A DNA stretch of 64,000 nucleotides, taken from the human T2T-CHM13v2.0 reference genome, Homo sapiens. The first letter of the stretch is position 1; each line of letters starts with the position of its first letter. Location: the NCBI RefSeq assembly GCF_009914755.1, contig NC_060939.1, one strand, 5' to 3'. Below, one piece after another: positions 56,837-64,000 of the stretch. The notes below the pieces were generated by a model, which did not search any database, was not told the DNA's origin, and saw nothing but the letters and a program-made list of their open reading frames with translations. A program made the position numbers and the translations under genes.

Positions 56837-57366
56837 AGTATAAATGTTATTTGGAGTCCAGACAAAGAACTTTACTAGATAAAGTGTCTCTATGTGTGTT
56901 GAACGCACTCATGGGTAGATCAGGAGTTGAAAAGTAACAAAATTCCATGAGGTGGGAGGCAGTCAATATTTTAATTTTGAAGGTGTCTTTAGGAAATTTA
57001 TTTAGTGAATTATCTTGAAATACAAATATCAAATAAATCAATTGTAAAATTAATATTTTTGAGCTGTTTATTTACTTGAGTATATACATGCTCAATATAT
57101 ATAACCAAGTATAAGTGATATTTTTATTGACTGACCAACCTCTATAATATTTTCTTTCTACACATTTTTGGCTGCATTTTCTTTGATCACATCATATGAC
57201 AAAAAAATTGAAATATTATTTTTATAATTTTTTTTTTTACTTAGCTGAGTTGACATATTTTTTAATGGACGCTTTAGAAGAGTTTATTTCACTTTCACAA
57301 TGCCACATGCGTTTTAGTGATTTTCATAAAATTTGGGAAAACACCAATTATTTTTTTCATATGTGA

Positions 57367-57919
57367 TGTAAAAGCAAAAATTACAGCTGACAAAGTTAAA
57401 CAGGCAAGGCAAACTTTATTCAAGACTATTGCAATAGGGAAGAGAGGCCAGAGCTCAATTAGAGCTCAACTCCACTGAAATGAAAGGCAGGGCTGAAATA
57501 AGGAGAAAGTATTGAAGGATGATAGTGGGGAGGTTGATCAATGGGATGTAACCAGTGCACTGAGTAATTTTGAGTCTGTAATTTTTTCTTCTGCGATTAG
57601 ACCATCTTTGTTTGCTAATTACAGGCATGGAAGTTAGGGTCCTATCTTCCCAAAGAGGGTGGGAGGTAGGAGTGATCTCTCCTTGATGATTACATTTCAA
57701 AGGGAAGGCTCCCAAGTCTTTCAGAAAGGCATTCTTGGATTATGAAACTGGCAAGAGGCTTTAAAAAATATTTCCATGTGAAGGGGCAGAAAAAGAATTT
57801 ACTGTTACAACTTTTCTAAATAAAATGCTTTAAGAAAAGGGAGGTCGAGACCTAGAGTCAGGAAGAAGCCTATCTAAAGTTTAACCAGGCTGAGGGGAAG
57901 GCTAAGCGTGTCTTGATCA
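57367..57919 (-). mobile_element. Solo ERV1 LTR (MER31/MER67 group)
   Basis: TG...CA termini, 4-bp TSD gtga on both sides, tttatt poly(A) signal on the minus strand. Related in reverse to 34272-34594. Confidence 0.85.
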
Positions 57920-58575
57920 GTGAACAATAACATTTCAATGCTTTTCAAGTTTTCCTGTGAAGCGACTCTTTAAATATACTTTGAATTGATGAAATTTATT
58001 AATTATTTTGTCATTGAAAGCATCATTTTAGTGGCCTTTCATAATAGTATGATATTTCTGTTGGTATCAGAATTAATCTCAAATCAATAAGAGCTATAAA
58101 TATATGTCCAATATGTTCATGTTTAACACTAATTGAATTATTTAAAAATTACCAAAATTGCCTATGCATTACTTCTGTTTGAAAAGTCTTTCTTAATGAA
58201 TTGCTGTTTTTGGTATGATCTGGAAAAAAACTGTTACAATTTGCTTGTCGTGTTCTGAATTATTTTTATCTTATTCCTGAAAATTTTACAAAAATCTAAG
58301 ATAGCATGAATACATAGCTAGCACCTCCCAGGGGTGCTAAAGAAGGTGAGGGCTGAAGAGCTTAAGCATCATTAGCTTCTGGTTAAATTCATCCCTGCTG
58401 TTGAAGCCAGACTTTGAGAAAGAAAGAAAGAAAATAATGAGAGAATCTGAGGATGATGCAGAGGTTATCATACCCCTTCCTTACAAGAGCTTTTCCTTCC
58501 ACGGTTCCCCAAATCCTGGGGGGAACTTCCTGAAGGTGCACACTCCGAGGAGCAACTACCTCTTCCCCCTGCCCA

Positions 58576-58885
58576 TGGGCCAAATGCAGTCCACTAACTC
58601 ACCAACTGGTTTTGTAAGGCCCATAAGCTAAGAATATTTTTTAATATTTTCTAATGTTGAAAAAAAATTTTAAAGACTGTTATTTTGTGAAACATTAAAA
58701 CTATCTAAAATTCAAATTTCCACATCCATAAATCAAGTTTCACTGGAAAATAATCATGCCTATTAGTTTACATATTGTCTATGGCAGCTACTGTGCTATA
58801 GTGTCAGACTGAATAGTTGAGACAGGGTTGGCAAAGTGAAAAATATTTACTAACTAGCCCTTTGTAGATAGTTTGCCAATCCCTG
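58576..58885. mobile_element. MER58B-like MITE
   Basis: tttacatattgtctatggc...aaaatatttact...ccctttgtaga...tttgccaatccctg. Confidence 0.7.
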
Positions 58886-58947
58886 GTCTAGTTATTCTGG
58901 TCAACTAATTAAACCAAGTTTTTTTTTTTTTTTTTGCTTGGATTTAC

Positions 58948-59240
58948 CTTTTATTTATTTTAAAAATTTATTTAAATTTCTAATTGGATACGTAATAGTT
59001 GTACATATTTATGGGGTACAAGATAAATTTTGATACATGCATACAATATGTAATGATAAAATCGGAATAACTGGAATATCGATCATCTCAAGCATTTATC
59101 ATTTCTTCATGTTGGGAACATTCCAATTCCACTCTTTTAGTTATTTTGAAATACACAACCAATTATTGTTAACTATAGTTGCCCTATTGTGCTACCAAAC
59201 ACTGGATCTTATTCCTTGTAACTGTATTTTTGAACCTATT
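58948..59240 (-). mobile_element. L1MA/PB 3' fragment
   Basis: gtacatatttatggggtaca...catttatcatttcttcatgttgggaacattccaa. Confidence 0.8.
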
Positions 59241-59679
59241 ATAGTATTTATTATTATTTTTATTATTGATTTGCCCCCTGCTAGACATATGTGGCCCTTA
59301 TTTAATAAAAAAACTGAATAATGTGGCAGTTTTAGATATTGTGCCATGTCCCTTGGGGAAACATTTTTTAATCACCCAGTCTTTCGTTATTCCACAAATC
59401 ACACCCTACAGGCAGTAGGCTTGCTCTGCTCTGCAAAGGGAATCTCACTCTAGTTAAATAGAAATGTTGTAAATAAAATTAAAGTTCAAGCTGTCCTGCT
59501 GTTTAAAGAATCTCTATGAAAATTCAATCAGCAGCATACTTTTAATTTCACATCATCTGATGTTGTTCTGGCTTTCAGTGACAAGAAACCCAGCAGTTTT
59601 CTTCACAGTTTTCTATTTTCCTTGAATGTAAATTTTCCAGCTAGGCACTGAAGACTAGGTAGGGAAACCAAATGTGTGA

Positions 59680-60308
59680 ACTTTATCAGTCAGAAATCTT
59701 TTCAACTCCATGAAACAGAAACTCACGAAATACATTTAACTAAATAAGATTTCCCCCTTTGCTCCCCAACTCATGGAACCTAAGTCCACAGAGGTAGGGA
59801 ATTCAGAGCTGGTATAGCTGCTCAGTATTGTAATATTTTAAAAGAGTGGGCAGATGGGGTAGGATGGATGTAGGCAATCCTTTTTTTTTTCCATTCGTTC
59901 TTTCCATTTTCATCTAATGGGCATGAAATAAGCACTCTATCTTCTGGAGGCTATTAGAGTTTTAGGTGGGAAAAGGGAAGAAACACAGAGGGCAAAAGTT
60001 GAAAAGTCTGAATGCTATACCTAACAAAGAATTATACAGCAAACACTAATGTAACAAACACTATCTGCCAAGCACTCTTTTTAAATCTTTCAAAACAATA
60101 AGTCATTGGTAGTATGGTAGCTGGGTCTATTTGATTTAATAAGCTGTCTACATCTCATTGGCCAAAACCATGGCATGTGGTCATCCTTGGAGGAAAAGAG
60201 GTCGAGAGGGTGAGCATTTCATATGGGCACATTTGACATATGATATTCTTTTAGTAAGGAACAATGGAAGAACAGATATTGGGCAGACAACCACCACCAT
60301 TTGCCCCA
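59680..60308. mobile_element. Degraded MLT1-type LTR pieces
   Basis: cagtcagaaatcttttcaactccatgaaacagaaactc and gattgggcagacaacc...tttgcccca-like MLT1 ends. Confidence 0.5.
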
Positions 60309-61717
60309 GTGAATATAAGAGGGCCGATGATTTGGGCCACAGTATGGTTGATCAGTCACTTCAACTGTCTTGATGGTTTGTGCCAATCACAGAGATAAGA
60401 TAAGGCATCCAGAGATGTTACACGAATCACACTCACTTTGATAATCGTCTAAATGATTAACTTTACTGTGGCCTAAACTAATTATTGTAGTGATTCTTCT
60501 CCTTTTCTATCTGGATTGAGGGCCACCAACCCAAATGCATGGAAGTTGGAGAGTTAAGAAAGGACTGTATAGCTTGCCTCATCCCCTGGGAAGGTATAAT
60601 GGAGAGTGGCAGAGAAAGATCTAAGACGTTCAACTCATCTGTATTTTCTGTAGCTTTGTTGGGATAAAGGGTCTTAACCTGCCTAAGAAGATTGCATGCT
60701 TCTGGAAGGCAGGGCTCATTTCTTAGGCTCCTTTATTGCCTCCACAGAGGTTAACACAGAGATGATACTCAAACTTTCTTATACTGATGTATAAATCTGA
60801 TGATGGCAGTTTATTCAGAAAATTGGAGTTTCAGCTTAGGAACAATTTGTCACCTCCTGTTAATATTCAGCTCACTCCATCAAGATCAGTGACTTCGAGG
60901 CATAAGAGTTATATACCCCATAAATCCACCTCCTCTGTGAAACTACTGAGAAAAGCTTTCATTTTTGTCAATATCCTCCAAAGTGCAATTTGGTGTTTAC
61001 AGAATATTAATGTTGGCAGGGGCATTTTATGTCATTTAATCTTACCTCTCCCATTTTATTTTTTGATGAGAAAACTGGAATTCAGAATAGTGGAGTGTCT
61101 ACCTATAAGGTTTGTATGTGTAACTTTTATGTTTTGACTTTGTTTTTGTTTAATCCACCCAACTTTAACCACACACTTAATAAGAGAAAAGCTCTTTATT
61201 CTCACCATCTTCAAATACTTCTGTTAAGAGGACAGTTCAACACTGATACTGCATCAAGTGGAAGCAACAGAAGTTTTTTGGCTACATGTTTCTACTAATT
61301 TTAGCACTAAATCATACACAGCCTTTAAAAGCAATTGATCCTTTCAGATATGAAGTCTGCATTTGCTTCCAAAAAGAAAATATTTTTTCCAATTGGTTTT
61401 GACAAAAACAACACCTGCTCCCACTTCCGTAGGTGGTAGAAGTGTAAAAAACTGTAATATATTGTCTGGAGAAGGGGCATGAAGTACAGGAATAAAAAGA
61501 AGAATGGGTTGCATTTTCTCTTGCTGACGCATTATATTGTTGTGAATTATTACACATAGAGAAATGTACTGGCAATTTATTTGTCTGATCTCTTTCTACA
61601 AAATGCAAGTCTCTAGATACTTTGTTAGAACAGTTACACATTTCTCATTAATCATAGAGAGGAAGTATGACTTATTGAAAAGACCATGAATTTGGTGTCA
61701 AAGAGACCTGAGTTTGA

Positions 61718-61966
<249 letters not shown>

Positions 61967-62132
61967 TAAAAGAAAACTGTTGTTTGGTCTAGAGAATTTC
62001 TTGCCATATTGTAAAAATTACCCATCATGTAATAGAAAAATAAAAATATTGATCTCAGGTGCTGTTACCCTTAGAAATAATCCAGCAGGTCTCCTTTTTT
62101 GTTCAGATTCTTTGCCCCACGTAGACTACAAC

Positions 62133-62139
<7 letters not shown>

Positions 62140-62171
<32 letters not shown>
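62140..62171. repeat. (TG)16 microsatellite
   Basis: Directly visible, about 195 nt downstream of the 69-nt exon donor. Confidence 0.95.
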
Positions 62172-62175
<4 letters not shown>

Positions 62176-63600
62176 TGTATGCACTTGCAGCTTTAATTTT
62201 GTAATTTTTAAAATAGCCATCAGATTCAATGACCCTCAGCTAATTCATGAAGTAGACTATGGCCCAGTCCTCATTTTGAAAGCTCACCCTTTGTTACTGA
62301 AATACTCTGCTGATATTTCCCCAATTTCTGAGCTTCCTACTTAATTTACTGCTTCATTCTCTTTCCTCCTGGATCATGATACCAAGAGTACCATTTGTTC
62401 CTGCAAAGCTGCCCAGAATTCATTGTCAACAATTCTATATATCACCTCCTGGGGAAACACATACACATACCACAAATATATTCATGTACATATGTGCATA
62501 AGTATACACACATATAATTTTAGTTACAAAATATCTTAGTTATAAAAATTTAGTTACAAATTTTAGTTATAAAATGTCTATAGTAATAACTAATAGATGC
62601 TCTCTTGTATCTTACATTCTTTAATAATTTATCCTAAACATCTTTTCTTATTTTAACATATCTATCTCCCATGCATTCATTTTTAATTAGTCTTTTATTG
62701 ACAGATACTTTAATTGCATACTTATGGAAGTTATAATACCAAATTTAATTTGGTATTATTTCATGTTGGTTATTTCATGTTGGATCTGGGACCAACATAA
62801 TGAGAAGAGAACAACCATTAAGCCATTGAGAGAGATATTTGGGGGCAACAAGGGCCTGAAGCCACCTCATTCACCACCTCATCATAGGCACACTAACCCT
62901 GTTCAAGTTCATGAATATCTCGTAATTAGCGATGGTTTTCCTAATGGCTCTTTAGAAAAGCATGTTAACATGTGAAATTGACCAAAGTAAAAATTGTTTC
63001 TTAGTTCAAACATTTTATCATTATAACTTTTCATTCCTTCAAAATTATAAACATCTGTATTTTTAAATGATGCTTCTCATCAAACCTCGCTAAAAGAAAC
63101 CTTTTTTTAAAATCCATAGTATTTCAGGAAAGACTATATGATGCAAACTTATTTTTTTAACTTTTAAAGTTTTTTTGTGACTAAAAGTAAATGCAGCACA
63201 TGTATAATTTCCGAAGTATTTTTTAAAAAGTAGTTATCTTGAGAAAATCATGAAAATTTTTTCCTATGTATGCTATACTTAATCCTTTTAGTAGCAAGAC
63301 TATTTTAGAAGCAAGCATTAATAACATCATAACATTGTAATAATGATATTGTTTTGCATTTATTGCATTGTTAGTATAAATAGAAGAGTGCAGCTTTCCA
63401 AGAGTAAAAATATAATATTTCCAAATTGTTTACGTTCTATAATGTTTTATGACAAAAATATTTTAAGAATACCTTGAGTATTTTTAAAATTGTATACAGT
63501 TTACTTTCCATTTTCTTTCATGAGAAGCTAGTTTTAGTTTATTTTCCCACTAGAAGTTTACTGCTGACAACCTTATCCATTTTGTTTCCTAATTAACCAG

Positions 63601-63690
63601 GAAAACTTTCCTGCAAGCAATACTGAAAGACTGCAAGACCTGAAATCAACTGTTGACCTGTTAACAAGTATCACCTTTTTTAGGATGAAG
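63601..63690 (+). CDS. UNC13C: UNC13C coding exon (90 nt, phase 0-0)
   Basis: Acceptor aattaaccag, donor AAG|gtatct. Translates [30 protein letters not shown]. Confidence 0.96.
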
Positions 63691-64000
63691 GTATCTCATT
63701 TTATTTCTGTCACTGTTTTGTTGTGACATAGAATACATTCATCCCCTGGTAAAGTCTTGCTTTACCCTCCTCTTGATCAAGTACTGTGTTAACTCCATCG
63801 ATTAAGCTGTACTATCTTTGCCTGAACTCGATGAATCTTCCAATATAAGGTATAGTGAAGAAGAGATTATCCTAGACACTTAAAATACTCTGATACATTT
63901 GGCTCTAATTTAGTTCTCAGTTAAATTTGTCTTAGAGAAAGCTCTCTAGTAAGTGGATGTGGCACTTAAAAAATTTCCAAAGAATGTTAAATGGAAATGG

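Noticed and set aside
63580-63700. U12-type signals (donor gtatct; cctaattaaccag near the acceptor)
   Set aside because: The donor lacks the RTATCCTT consensus, and the upstream intron begins with U2-type gtaagt.

Overview
Human (primate) genomic DNA: AT-rich, CpG-depleted and dense in Alu, L1, LTR and DNA-transposon relics. It is the middle of the synaptic-vesicle priming gene UNC13C (Munc13-3) on the + strand. Six coding exons (170, 116, 164, 157, 69 and 90 nt) have canonical AG/GT sites and phases that splice into one open frame, covering the second half of the C2B domain and the start of the MUN region. An antisense HNRNPA1 processed pseudogene lies about 210 bp upstream of the 157-nt exon. 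Almost all ORFs in the supplied track are spurious. I see no new multi-gene system. The best second-look items are: a polyadenylated, TSD-flanked (L1-mobilised) MER4-type LTR retrocopy; a twin-primed L1; two local non-tandem duplications, one bracketing a frameshifting exon; UG-repeat-adjacent candidate cryptic exons reminiscent of the TDP-43/UNC13A mechanism; and two perfect 13-bp hairpins. Repeat subfamily names come from recognition of consensus sequences, not from a database search.
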